A stretch of 64,000 bases of DNA, taken from positions 140,244,001 to 140,308,000 of the forward strand of contig NC_082709.1 of assembly GCF_030144855.1 (NCBI RefSeq), read 5' to 3'. Below are positions 24,253-37,759 of this stretch, piece after piece. A model generated the notes under the pieces. The model was not told the DNA's origin and ran no database searches. It saw only the letters and a list, made by a program, of their open reading frames with translations. This stretch comes from Hypanus sabinus. Taxonomy: Eukaryota. The position numbers and the translations under genes are program-made. Position 1 is the stretch's first letter. The number at the start of each line of letters is the position of its first letter.

Positions 24253-26901
24253 CAATGGTTCCATATCGCCTTACCCCAGGGTTACTGGGAGTTTCTATGG
24301 GGATGTTGAAGAAAAAGGGTCAGTGGAGGGGTGCTTGGTAGCAATGGGGGTAGCTGAGGGATTACAGGCTTAATTTAAGCAAGGAAATACTTACTATAAG
24401 CACTTGAACCTCAGTGTCTCATAATTGATTACAATAATCACCGCGGCTCTTCCTAATCTACTGCTCTCTTGTACTTTGCTCGAAGTGTGTTCTAGTTGTT
24501 GAAAAACAATGTGACACTTCAGTATTTGGCATATCTAGACTGAAGAAATCAGGTTATTTCTGGGCCCAGCCCACCTATCATTGCTGTTCTCTACTTTTGT
24601 AGTGTTATGTAATACGATTCCCATTCTGTAATCACAAAGAGGCACAAACCTTGCGAAATAAAAAATGGCATTGAATCTGCTCCAGCTCACAGCCAACCAA
24701 AATATTGCTGCCCCACTTTATGTACCTTCAGTTAGAGTGTCAGGATTTGCCTGAGCTATGTGCAGTCATAACTTTCCCCTTTATTGATCCTAGCACTTGA
24801 CGTTGGATTTAAACAATAGGTGATTGACCATGGTCATTAGTCCATAACAAAAATGGCAGAAGCAGATCAAACAATAAAGAATTGTACACAGTATGGTGTG
24901 CAGTATCTGAAATCATAGATTTATACCAGCACAAAGCAACCAGCAGTGGCCAATGTGTCTGTGGTGTGAAAAAGCTTCTTCAGATGAGGCAATAAAACCA
25001 GCTAGGTTATTTTACCATTTGAAGAGAATATACTCTGATAGAGCAAACAGGAACTTGGTTTATTTTCAGACACTTCATGAAAAATTTCAGAAAAGGAAAG
25101 CACTTCAAAACATGCTTGTCAGAACATCACAACAAACCAGTAATGGTTTGCATGCTTCATACAACATTTTATTGCTCATTGCTAAATCCGGAAAACCTCA
25201 TACAATTGGAGAAGAGCTGATTCATCCAGCAGTAAGAGGTTCTGAGTGCAGTTAACCCTATTTAAGTGGACCTTTTCCAATTTCCAAGCCTCTCTCCGTT
25301 GGAAGAGAAAGAAAGAATACCAGAAGATGATTTTCAAGTATACTGTGTCCACTTGAGTGAACCGTATAAAGACATGTTAAAGAGATTTCAGAGTTTTCTC
25401 TCAATCCAAATTCCTGATTGGGTAACAAATGCCATCCTGAGCACTTGTAATGAGGAATTAACAGGAAGAATAGAGGAAGAACTGATCTCACTACAGAATG
25501 ACTTTGAGCTGAAGTAAGGGTTCAAAAAAAATCACGTCAAAACTTCTCCTTGCAGAAAGAAGATGGTGCCAGCTACCCATGTGACCAATGAGGAAATGCT
25601 GCAAACAGCTACTTCTACACCTTCTTTTAAATATGCTTCTTTTCTGAACTGCGATCAATTGCGGTCGGTAGTTGCAATGTTTCTCTGTGTTTTTGGGCCA
25701 ACTGAGCAATCTGGCACTCTTCCTGTTTCCTGGGGAACTTGGCAAGGTTGGGAGGAGAGCGTGTAGCCATCATTTCTCTATGGCGAAATGCAAACCCATG
25801 GCCAGCTCTATTACTACTTGCCAATTAAAAGGTCAAGCAAGATTGAAATCAACAATGATGAGAGTGGAAGATGAGTGGGTGTTCAGCATTTGACTCGTCT
25901 CCCTCTTGTTGCTGCTGGAGGGAGGTGTATGCTTGAAAGCCTTGGTGCCATGGCTCGTGGCTCTGGGGCGGTATTAGGCAACATTGCAGTTTGATGTTTA
26001 ATGTCCTCAGCACTGAATGCACTCCGTGGTTGTGGACTTGTTTTGCAGGACTTTGCAATTCATGTTCCATGAGTTTCTGTTGTTTTGTTCTTTTTTTGTT
26101 ATTTGCGCAATTTGATTTAAGTGCTTTTGGTGTGGAACCAAGTTTAACACAGCTCTAATTTGAACTGACTCCACTCCTGGACCATTCTAGGGACTATGCA
26201 GATTGTGCTTAATTTTCTGCATGCTATTTGCCTGCTTTTTTGCTGTATGCATGATTTGTTCTTTTCTCATGAACTGGGTGTTTGATGTTTTCTTTAAATA
26301 GATTCCATGGTGTTTTTTTTCCCCTGGCTTTCTGTGGGAGGACAAGTCTCAGGGTTGAATACTAAATACGTATTTTGATAATAAATATACTTCGAAACCT
26401 TGTTTCTTTGAAATCTGTAACTCTGAACACAATCCTGCACTGTGGAAAAAGGGTAAGGTGTTATTTATTGCCTTTCCAATGTCACATTGAGTGGAGCGCA
26501 ATTTCAATGCAGTTGCCCAACTTCTTTCAAAACAATGAAATGGAATGCAAACTACTGAATATGGGGATCTGAGACTCCTTCTGAGTGCTATTTAACCTGA
26601 TGTTGAGAAGCTGATATCACTGTGCCAGGCCCATTGAAAAGCAATGAAGTAGTTAATGGTTGGACTACTACTGCACGTTCTAAAATTGTTGATGAAAATA
26701 GTTTTTACTGCAAATGAATACAGAAATAATGTTATTTGTAGCTTTTAGTAGATTTGATAATTTTTGCAATTATTTGCCACAACTTTAAATTTGCAGTTCA
26801 TCCTATTTTCTTTCACTGTGAATTGTAAATCAAAATTCTTTATAGATTTTATGTAATGGCCAGAAAGGGGATGGTAACCCAAAAATGTTTGGGAGCCATT
26901 G
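24253..26901 (+). mobile_element. hAT (Buster/Charlie-type) DNA transposon, internally deleted
   Basis: TIRs CAATGGTTCC / GGAGCCATTG; 8-bp TSD ATTTAAAT (24245-24252) / ATTTAAGT (26902-26909). Transposase N-terminus CLWC...KPARL..HL...IAKSGKPHTIGEELI directly abuts the C-terminal QIPDWV...EELISLQND. Confidence 0.85.
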
Positions 26902-28039
26902 ATTTAAGTAGTCTTCTGGATACTTCTTAAATGCAGTGAGATTAGCACCCTCTCAGACACTGCATTCCAAGCTCCAATCACCCTCTGGGAGAAAAGAAAT
27001 TCTTCCTTGTATTCCACCTAAACCTGTTATTTTTTAACTAAGTCTATGCTCTCTGGTTATGAATGCTATGTTGTGTGACAAGGTTTACCACTACAGTATC
27101 TACCCGATCTATTTCCTCACAATTTTGCACATTTTGATGAGGTCCCCCTATTCCCCATTTCAGGAGAAGGAATCCCAGCCTGCTAAATCTCTCCACCTAA
27201 CTGAGACATTTCATTCTTTTTTACTGGGTGTCTCTAGAAAAGCGGCTTATTAGCCCCTCGCTAACAGCCGCTTGACCCCATGGCGAGAAACCCACCTTTC
27301 TCAAGCTCCACACGTCAAGGGTGCATACGACTTTGGTCCTGTCAAACCCAAGAGGTGGGGATGCCTCGCCAACCCACATGCCGGCTTGTGTGAATACTGC
27401 GTGATTTAATGCCCCATGCAATCACCCAGCAGCAAGAAATAACGCTGCATAGAGTATATTTATGAATGTTAACTTAACCATAGAGTTATTCAAGAAAAGA
27501 AAGGAAAAAAATAAAAAAGGACCCATTAACTAATCAGTCAAATGTGCACAGGTGGAGCTCAAATCTCCCAAAAGCCACTGTGTCTGACGTGTACTCACTG
27601 CACCAACTCATATTCACTGCTCCCCAGTAGAAGTTCCCCTCCTGGGCTCCGTCAGATCGCATGTCCCCACTGGATCAAATCCTACAGCCAGTTCTCTCCA
27701 GCTTCTTCTCTCTCCATCTCTCCCATCTGCTCCCCCAGCGTTCTTTCAAATCTTCTCCCAGTTCCACCCTCCTGATTGAATGACACACACATTCCGAAGC
27801 ATTGCTTATCTTTAACAGTAACCCAAGCACTGCCGGTGGAACACACTGCTTCTACAGAAAAACCATTACATGAGATTCCCTGCAACATTAGCAGTAAAAC
27901 CTTCACCTGGGTATTACACTCTCCTCCCACCAAAAATTTATCAACCACTCATTGATAATACAGTTTTCAAAGGAATTTTGCAAGTGCCCCATCTCCAGCT
28001 TAATTACAACTTTTTTTTCATGAACATAATAATCCTAAT

Positions 28040-28800
28040 ATGTTCTAATTAATAATTTTTACTAATAACTGCAATGTGACATCCTAACTCATGTATTCAA
28101 GAAGCAGGTATGCCTTACACTTTTTTCATCACCCTGTCCTAATGTGTTATATGTTCAAGGAACTATGCATGTGTACGCCTAGGTCTCTGTTCAGTAACAC
28201 TCCCCAGGACCCTGCCATTCACTGTGCAAGTCCTGTCCTGGTTTAACTTACCAAAATACATCGTTTTACACCTGTGTGAATTTAACTTTATCTGTCATTT
28301 CGTCTGCCCACTTTCCCAATTGTCCAAATCCTGTTGTAACAAACAACCTTCTTCCTTATCCATTACACCACAAATGTTGGTGTCATCCACAAACTTAATA
28401 ATTATGCCATGTACTTTTTCATCCATATCATTAATGTAAGGCCATAAGTCCATAAAATATATTTCTGACAAGCAACAGTGGACCGGACACTGATCCCTGT
28501 GGCACACCACTTATGGCTGACATGAGAGGGCACAGTTTTAGGGTGCTTGGAAGTAGGTTCAGAGGAGATGTCAGGGATAAGTTTTTTATGCAGAGAGTGG
28601 TGAGTGTGTGGAATTGGCTGTTGGCAACAGTGGTGGAGGTAGATACGATAGGATCTTTTAAGAGTCTCCTGGATAGGTACATGGAGCTTAGAAAAATAGA
28701 GGGTTATGAGTAACACTAATTTCTAAAGTAAGTACATGTTCAGCACAGCATTGTGGGCTGAAGGGCCTGTATTGTGCTGTAGGATTTCTATGTTTCTAAG
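28040..28800. mobile_element. Two oppositely oriented CR1 fragments nested in the Gypsy element
   Basis: Minus: GVPQGSVSGP and KFVDDTNICG; plus: RGHSFRVLGSRFRGD 3' end. Confidence 0.75.
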
Positions 28801-31800
28801 TCAGGACTGGCAATCCATTTGTAGATGGTAGTGACATATCTCACGCGGGGGATTGGAGTAACACTCTGTTCCCTTGGCACAACATATGCCAGCCTGTCTG
28901 GGGGTTTCCTGACTCCTTATCACATCATCTACTTGTTCAGTCTCAGACACTGCTTGGAATCCTTCCTGTCTGCTTGGAGAGGCCTCACCCTGTCCAGTTC
29001 TCATGCCATCTGGCGACTCAGCTCCCCCATCACTCAACTGATCTCAGCTTCATCCCCAAATACTTTGGGGCCCAGTTTCCCTTCACTGTCCAACTGGAAG
29101 CCTGCCTGTCCACTGCCTAGTCCCCCAGCTACATCCACATCAGCATGGGGAGGTTCAGGAATCTCTTTATCAATTATGGGGAGTTTGTATAAGGTAACAT
29201 ATTACACATCCCCATTTCCTCATCTTCTGAGTCTGTATATCATTTAGTTGTTAAGTCCCCTTTGGGTCTCTCCAGTGATTATCTTTCTGTTCTCCCACGT
29301 TGGTGCCAAGTCCTCCTACTAGGCGTAGGGTCCATGTCAAGCTCTGGGTCAAAAAGTATCTCTTGTCCTAGAGGTGGAAGGCGGGTCCAGTGGAGAATTT
29401 TGACAGGTCCATTCCCGTCTTCTGGCTTCACCTGGGAAACTGGCACATTTAGCATCTGACTCTCCACCACATAAGGTATAGTCACCTAGTGGTCAGCAAA
29501 CTTATGCTTCCTTGTTAGCCCCAAATTTGTTATGAAAACTCTGTCTCCAGGCATCAGTTGGAAGAACCTAATCTTTTGGCCATGTCTCCTCTTATTTCCA
29601 TGATTCTGCTTGGTAGCAGAGACCTCTGCTAGATAATATGCCTTTTACAATTTCCTCCTCATGTCAGCCACATTGGTCTTCTGTGGCAAGTCTTCCACAG
29701 CAGTTTCAAAACAAAGGTTAACAGGCAATCGTCTTTGTGCCCAAACATCAAATAATATGGCGAGTATCCAGTAGCTTCATTCTGTGTACAGTTGTAGCAG
29801 TGGAGCAGATGCCCAAAATGCTGATTCCATTTGTTCTTCTGGCATGTCTAGCAATGTCTGTTTGAACCTCTTGGGCTGGGGATCACCTTGCCGGTGATGA
29901 AGCATAGTCCTCATCTTCTCAACTCCAAGCATGCTCAGTAAATCATGTATGAGCCAACTCTCGAAATCTCTTCCCTGATTTCTATGGATCCATCTAGGAA
30001 GGCCATAATGAACAAAATACTTCTCCCATAACACTTGGGCCAAAGTGGATCCTTTGTAGGGAAGGCTTGAGCATATCTGGTGTAGTCATCTATAATAACC
30101 AAAGCATTCACCATGCCACTGGAATCAGGCACTAGGGAGAGGAAATCCATACATACCATATCAGGTGCCCCATGGGATAAAGGAGAGGCAGCATCTTCCT
30201 CCAAATACATCGAGTACACGACCTAGAGCAGTCCTTGACCACAGGTTTCATTTGGGGCCAGTGGAACCAATCTTGAACCAATCCATAGGATCCATCAAAT
30301 TACAAATGCCCTGAATCATCATGAAGTGACTTCAGCACAATCCTCTTATACCTGTCAGACAAAATGCCATGGCCTGTCTGGAGGAGATGTGACCCAGTGT
30401 ATAAACTGGTTCCTCAACTCTAGTTTGTTCCATTCCCTCAGCAGCAGAGGTATGCCAGGGTGTTGTGTCTTTTCAAATTGGGCCGTATCGTCCATTGTCG
30501 ATGCTTGACCAAATGGTACCTATACAAGGGGCATCTTACTGAGCAGTGGCCACTTCCCCAGGACTCAATGCCGCCAACTGCTTTGTATTCAGAGCTGCCA
30601 GGTTGCAGACTTGTGAAATAGCGCAATCAGAAGCTCCCAAATGATCCATGGCTTGATTCAGCCCTGCCCTTGCTTCTGACTTCTCCGTGGTGGAAAATTG
30701 GCATATTGTTTTAACTCCATCGGCAGGAACGCTCTCCCACTCTCCGTCCACTTCCAGCCCTTCATGCACATGTCAGGACAATACATCTGCATCAATGTCC
30801 TGGCTCCCCGGCCAGTACTTCAGGCTGAAATCATAAGCAGACTACCCCGCCAGCAAACAAAGCATCCAGCTTTGCCAAGGTCAGGATATAAGTCAATGGA
30901 TTATCGTCAGTCCTCATCTCGAACTTGGCACCATATAAATAATCATATAACTTAACTTCTGGCCCATTTCAATGTCAGAAACTCCAATTTGTGCATGGGG
31001 TAGTTTTGCTCAGAGGGTGACAGACTCCAGCTGACAACAGCAACAGGTATCAACCCTGTGCCCTGATTCTGATGGAGAATGCCACCTAAGACCTCTCTGT
31101 TGGTGTCTGTATGTAGTACATAAGACAATTGGGAGTTCGCAAAAGCCAGTACATCTGTTTTCATTAGTAACTGCTTCTGCAACTGAAGAGCCTCTTTGCA
31201 TTTTGCATCCCATCTTACCCCAAAGGGCTATAATAAACTTTACCATCTTCTCTTTTCATCCTTTCTTCTCCAAGAACCGTACAGAAGCTGAATCAAAGGG
31301 TGACTGACTTTGGAGTAGTCCTTCACGAACCTGTCATAGTACCCACAGAATCCAAGGAACGATCATAGAGCACTCATGTTCTTGGCCCATAGCAATGTGA
31401 TCACCGTCTCTATCTTTGACAGACCACGGCTATGCACCCAACATAGTTGACATAACTGGCACTTGTCCTATGACAGTTTTAACCCTTCAGCTTTCAGGTG
31501 GCCTAGCACCTTCAGTAGCCTCACCTCGTGCTCTTCCAAGGTGGACCTGAACATGAGATCATCCAGGAACACCAGCATCTCAAGCAAGTTTATATCCCCT
31601 ACAGTTTTATCCACGACATGCTTGAAAGCAGTTGGTGTTCTTGATATGGTCTGCATCCTTTCAAACTGAAAGAATCCAAATGAACATATGGATGCCTTCT
31701 TCTCCTTGTCAGGCTCACTCATGGATAGTTGATAACACCCACTCCTTAGGCCCAGCACACTGAACCATTTGACTCCACTCAGTCAGGCCAGCGTGTCCTC

Positions 31801-32947
31801 AATCCTTGAAACAGTGTTCTGGTTGGAGACTGAGCATTGGTTCAGTCTCCAATAGCCAACACACATTTGTACCTTCCCATTCCTCTTACTCAGCACCACT
31901 ATGGATGACACATAGGCACTCCTGGACTCAGTGGTAATCCCAGTTTCTGCAGATGCTGCCGAATATCCTCCACCTCTGGGTATGTGCCACTCACCGAGTC
32001 CTTTCTCTGACAGGGGTGTCCTTTGTCACTTTGATGGTGGGGCGAGTACTATTGGAACAACCCACATCAAACTCATCAGTAGAAAAAAACATCTTCAAGC
32101 TTTAACACCTTCTCTGTCAGTCTTTTTTCCCAAGCTCCAGGCACCGGGGAGTCACCAAAGTTGAATGACTTGGCTGTCCACTTTCCCATTCCAGGAGATG
32201 GTCTCTCTCCTGCTTTTCTCACAGGAAAACTAGACATTACAGTCACTGAGGAACACAGTTCCTCATTTCTGCTCACCATCCAGCTTAGGATGGGTTTTCA
32301 CTTCCTCAAATCCAGCTCTGAGCACCAGGTGAATGGACAAGGTTTTCAGAGTACTCTCTCCCAATCTCCCCTTGCAGGCTTCTCGCTATAGGAGTATTTG
32401 TTCCCACAAGAACTGAAGTTTCACCCTTCTCATCTGGGTCTGTACAGACAAACACTAACATATCAAGTAGCCCTTGGAGGTAGCAAAGGGGTTCTCTGCC
32501 ATCCAGGACCGCAGTACTTCAGCAGACGGACCTTTCAGACGTTCTACCAGTTGCTGTCTTTTCACATTATCAGAGCACTGCCACTCATCCAGCATCTGAG
32601 GGGTCTGCTCCACCCAAGTCTCACATTCCTCCTTCCCCTCAGGGGTGGGTTTCACTCCTGAGAACTTTCTCAGCTATTGATAACTTTGACTCTCTGCCGA
32701 TGCTCTTTGCCACTTATCCACCAGGAACATAAGGGGTGATACCAGTTGAGAAGTTTAACCTCTCAGTGGAGGGCTCATTTGGCCTTCAACATCAGACAAC
32801 TCCTTCCCCTCACTCTGCAGAAACAAGAGCAGCTTGTCTTTATAGTCTCTGCCCTCTATGGGAAACTCAGCTTCCAATTTGGCACTCTTGCCTACACTCC
32901 CCTCTCTCTGAAAGTATGGACAGCCCAAGGCCCTGCTTCTCTGGGTA

Positions 32948-33225
32948 CAGGTGCCCCTCCCTTTACAAAGGTAGAGTGTTCCTATGAAACCTTTCTTAAG
33001 CCGAAATGGCGCAAAGCGAAGAACCACTGATTTATATGGGAAAAATTTTCGTAAAAGCAAAGATCCGCTTTGTAATGCGAAAACAGGTTACTAATGTAGG
33101 TCTTTTGTAAAAGCGAAGTGGTGTGAAGCGAACATTTATAAAGCAGGCGACATCTGTATTCTTATGGGTAACAGCTGGATCCATTGATGTCACATCAGTG
33201 CTAGTCTGAACAAACAACACATCTT
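32948..33225 (+). mobile_element. Tigger/pogo-like non-autonomous DNA element (one end seen)
   Basis: TA|CAGGTGCCCC start and repeated cgtaaaagcgaa-type motifs; right TIR not found. Confidence 0.4.
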
Positions 33226-33364
33226 TCCCTGCTGTTCAGTCAAACTGTTGCTCCCTGACCATGACTTTCCCTAATGCTCTAAAAGTACTTAAAAACCTAA
33301 ACAACAATTTATCTGTGCTGCAGATATCCACCTAGCTCACAACACAAGCGTTAGTTACAAGTAA

Positions 33365-33615
33365 GCAAATCACAAACAAGAGAAAATCTCTGGATGCTGC
33401 AAATCCAAGCAACACACTCAAAATGCTGGAGAAACTCAGCAGGCCAGGCAGCATCTATGGAATAAAGAACGATCAACCTTTCGGGCCAAGACCTTCGGCA
33501 GGACTGAGATAAGTGGAAAATGAGTCCAGCCAAAGGGTCTTGGCAGGAAACGTTGACTGTACTTTTTTCCACAGATGCTGCCTGGCCTACTGAGTTCTTC
33601 CAACATTTTATGTGA
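33365..33615. mobile_element. Third inverted pair of PLE terminal fragments
   Basis: Arms ~33415-33505 and ~33520-33612; both hammerhead cores mutated (CTGCCGA; CAGCCAA). Confidence 0.75.
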
Positions 33616-34609
33616 GTTGATTAGTTATGAGTAATCTCTTTGAATCACACCAACACTTAATCACCGTCGTGCCATAACCACGTAACTTAATCATTTTCCT
33701 GGGTAATAATTTAACACAGGCTCAAACACAAGCCCACTTAATCAATTCTTAGGGCAATCACACAGCATTCCACAAATTCAATACTGGAAAATAGCCTCCA
33801 CAATAAAACCCCTTTTTACAGGGCATCTCTAGAAATGTTAGCCCCTTGCTGACAGCCACTTGACTCCTTGGAAAGAAACCCACTTTTTTTAGGCTCTGCG
33901 TGTGTAGGGTGTATACGAGCAACACACACAAAATGCTGCCAGGCCTACTGAGTTCCTCCAACATTTTGTTTAGGTGTTGCTCGGATTTCCAGCATCTGCA
34001 GATTTTCCCTCGTTTGTGATAGGGTGCATGCACTTTTGGTCCCAGCTTCCCCATAAGGTTTGGATGCATCACCCACCCCAAACCCCGGTTTGTGCGAATA
34101 CTACTTGATTTAATGCCCCATCAATCACCTGTCAGCAAGAAATAACAGATCGTATACTGTGTACAATTATATAGAGTGTATATATATGAATGTTAACTTA
34201 GTCAAAGAATTATTAAAGAAAGAAACAACAAAAGGGCCCTCTATAATTAAACAGTCAAATGTGCACAGGTGGAGCTCAAATCTCCCAAAAGCCACTGTGT
34301 CTGACGTGTACTCACTGCACCAACTCATATTCACTGCTCCCCAGTAGAAGTTCCCCTCTTGGGCTCCGTCAGATCGCATGTCCCCACTGGATCAAATCCT
34401 ACAGCCAGTTCTCTCCAGCTTCTTCTCTCTCCATCTCCTACTGAAAAAGACCTCGACCTGCACCAGCATCTGAACACACATTCTGCAGCATCCCTTATCT
34501 TTAACTGTAACCCAAGCACTGCCGGTGGAACACACTGCTTCTATAGAAAAACCATTACACGAAATACCCTGCAAGATCATCAACAAAACCTTTACCAGGG
34601 CATTACCTA

Positions 34610-35070
34610 GGCAACAGCCTGGTGAATCTCCTCTGCAGTATTTCCAGAGTTATCACATACTTTCTATACTGTGATAACCCAAACTGCACTCAACATTCTA
34701 GACGCAGCCTCACCAATGTTTTATAAAGCTGTAACGTAATGTCCCTGCTCTTATATCCCAAGCTATGTCTGATGAAGATAAGCACTTCAAATGTCTTTTT
34801 CTTCAGCCTGTCTTCCAGTTCTTTCGCCTTTAGAGTTGCATGGACTTACATTCCTAGCTCCTTCTGTTCACCAATACCCCCTGTGGCCCTCCTGTGTACT
34901 ATGTGCACTCTATCAATATTTAACCTCCTAAAATGCGTCGCTTGGCATTTATCTGGATTGAATTTCATCTGTGTTGCTCTGCCCAATTTACCAGCTGATC
35001 AATACTTTCTGTTGCCTGAGACTATCCTCCTCACTATTCACAATACTGACATATTAATAACACTTTCCAT
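34610..35070 (-). mobile_element. CR1 LINE fragment
   Basis: Antisense CR1 text (aactgcactcaacattc...ttgaatttcatctg). Confidence 0.7.
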
Positions 35071-35859
35071 ATTGCTGTACATAACAAACAAAAAGCTCTA
35101 AGTTTTTTTTTTATTTTTTATTTTTTTCCCTGCTAGTTTACTTTCACAATTCACGTTATCTTTCTTTATTACTTGCCAGTCATTCTTTGCTGGTTTCTAA
35201 AGGTCTCTCCGTGTTCAAACCTACCACGAACCAAGCACACATATTATATGCAATTCCTTTCAATTTGACACTGAGTTTGAATTCTTTGGTGGGCCACTTT
35301 CGCATCATCCTAATTGTCTTTATCTCTCATTGAAGTATTATGTACTTTAGGGTCGTTCCACTTCTTGCCTACCATTTTACCTTTTCCATTTATCTTCTAA
35401 ATCCATTTTAGCCATCTTGTTAATTGCACATTGCTGTTTGCTTTCTGAAAATATAATCCACTAGGTTCTGACAAAAGAGTTTCACTGTTAAACCGCAAAA
35501 TGTTATTTTAATTATTTAAATATCAATAGTTTATTTTAGGATTATTAGTTAATCCTGTTTCAATGCATATGACGGCATCTTTAATGACTTTTCCCCTTGG
35601 CGGCTTCCACAACATTCAGGCATGGGCTGACACATGGTGTAAATAGCAATCATACCATGAAAGTGCCAGATAACTATCAAAAGAGAATCTAACCAGCAGC
35701 AACTTCTGTCCTTTATTAGTTCTTATCTTTACTCAAACTGACTCTGCATTATGATCATTGGGACAAGGTGATTTTACGTTTCTCATCTGATCTGATACTT
35801 TACTAAAGGGCAACAGCATACTTGTTTTGTTTCCATTGTGGGGTGACGTGATCGTGTAA

Positions 35860-36155
35860 CTGTTAGTGCAATCACTTTACAGTGCCAGGAATCACAATTA
35901 GTGTTCAATTCCCAATGTTGTCTGTAAGTAGTCTGTACATTCTTCCCATGACAGTACGGTTTTCTTCCAGGTGCTCCAGTTTCCTCCCAGATATACTGTT
36001 AGGGTGAGTGAGTAGTGGCATGCTACATTGGTGCCAGAAAAATGCTAACACTTGCGGGCTGTCCCCAGCACAATCTTCAGATTCTCTTGGTCATTCACAC
36101 ATTTCATTGTAGGTTTTAACATTTCCGTATACATGTCACAAATAAAGCTAATCTT
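35860..36155 (+). mobile_element. V-SINE/HE1-like SINE
   Basis: gtgttcaattcc B-box-like motif, ggtgctccagtttcctccca core, aataaagctaatct tail. Confidence 0.65.
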
Positions 36156-36400
36156 AGATCATAATTTTACCAAATACTCTGCCATATTCAACCCTGGTCC
36201 TTAGAAGTTGGCATGTGACAGCTACTAGATCATATCCAGTTATTTCTATTTGTGACATCAGTTCATCCACCTTGTTATGAATGTTATATGTACAGATATA
36301 ATGAGCTTGGAGATTTATCTTTTGATTATCTTCCCATATTGATTCTATTGGAGCCACAGATTGTGTTTGTACATAGTACACTCATAGCCAATTGCTAGCA
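36155..36400 (-). mobile_element. CR1 ORF2 endonuclease start fragment
   Basis: YNIHNKVDEL...GYDLVAVT. Confidence 0.6.
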
Positions 36401-36818
36401 TTGTGGCCTATTTATATCCTGTGGGAGGGCCATACCCAATTGTTCCTTTATTATGCAGGCTTCCCATTACACACGATTTTCCATTTGGAAAGATTACAAG
36501 CCTTGTAGTCTTAAAATTGAAATATAATTCAAAATTACTATTTTAATCTATAGCCCTCTGTTTCACTTGCAGGGTAGTTCTAATACTTGTTAAATTGAAA
36601 ACAGTTTTCAGTGATCCTCAATTCATCTCTGTAACTAAGCGTGTAAAAGCATGACACTCACAATTACTTACAATTGCTCACCAATCAAGGTATTGAATCT
36701 CCTCCAGAAGAATTTGTACTTTGCACTTTATAATCTAAGTTCATTGTGTAAATGTATATATGGTTTTGTCCATTTTGTTTGAAAAGAGTAATTTTGTGGT
36801 ACAATGTTGTCCAAGCAG

Positions 36819-36910
36819 GTGAAAGAAACAAGACTGAACAATCAGATGGAATCAGAAGAAGTGCGAATGATGACATCTATGTAAAAATGGGGAAAGTGCC
36901 AGATTTGTAA
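36819..36910 (+). CDS. Likely terminal exon: cytoplasmic tail GERNKTEQSDGIRRSANDDIYVKMGKVPDL*
   Basis: Acceptor gttgtccaagcag| (modest pyrimidine tract), phase 1 in frame with the TM exon, acidic-flanked Y-V-K-M motif, TAA at 36908, AATAAA at 37323-37328, inside a transposon-free block. Confidence 0.55.
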
Positions 36911-37759
36911 ATGTGAATATATAGATATGGAAGTTTAACTGTGAAATATGAAAAGAAATGACATTGTGCAGGTGAAAATTATTTTCAAGTGTATACATTG
37001 GCTTTGTGCATATTTCTCTGTGAGTTCATGCTTTTGGTTAATATGGTGGTACTGGACGATGTGAAATTTTGTTGTAAACTAGCGCTGCTTTTTTTAGGCA
37101 TCCAGCTCACCCAAATAACATCAAACCTAGTGGAATGCACAAAATTTGTTTCACTTGTTATTTTTAACCATATTAGTATGAACCACAACAGGTTGTGTTT
37201 AGTCACAGAAAACAGATTCTGTTAATACTGAAGTCTCAAGATCAGTGCAACTTTAATGGTCAGACACATCTCCTGCAATTTTAGTCAAACTGCACCACTT
37301 AGCTGGTCTGACAGGTAGTTTCAATAAAATCTCCTTCAAAATCAAGTGGCCAGAGATGTTAGTAGAAATCCTACAGTAAGAGACACAACTCCATTATATC
37401 AGATCAGAAACGGGTAAAAGAATAGGATTTCCCTGACTTTGACCATAAAGGTTGTGCAAGTCTTTACATTTCTGAATAGACACAGATAGTAACGTCTCTC
37501 AAAATCAGGGCAACCTTCACTTTCAAAAACTTTGCCTCAGGATATTTCCAGACATCTCTGCCGAGACTTCTACATGTGACATTTCCCATCTCAATGAACC
37601 TTGTAGAAATCCAAATTGGTTCTTTAAGCAAATTGGCAATCTTTCATTTTAATAAGAATTTTCGATTTTGTTCAGTGGGCGTTTGTGTCTTCTTGGCAAT
37701 TTCCACCCACATGTTGTCTTTGCACAAGGAAACCTGTTTCCTATGTACACCATTCTCCC

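Larger units (their letters stand above)
27217..34607 (-). mobile_element. Ty3/Gypsy LTR retrotransposon with PNMA-like gag, decayed, with nested insertions
   Basis: Direct repeats ~27217-27918 and ~33790-34607; PPT at 27919-27931. gag WVEQTPQMLDEWQC...LKGP, RT LRSGCYQ...FGFFQFERM...FLDDL, RNase H, integrase YGLPRWIH.NQGRDFES. Confidence 0.85.

Noticed and set aside
36573-36600. Strong + strand acceptor near the YVKM exon
   Set aside because: Gives an immediate stop (G*) in phase 1; nothing distinguishes it from a cryptic site.
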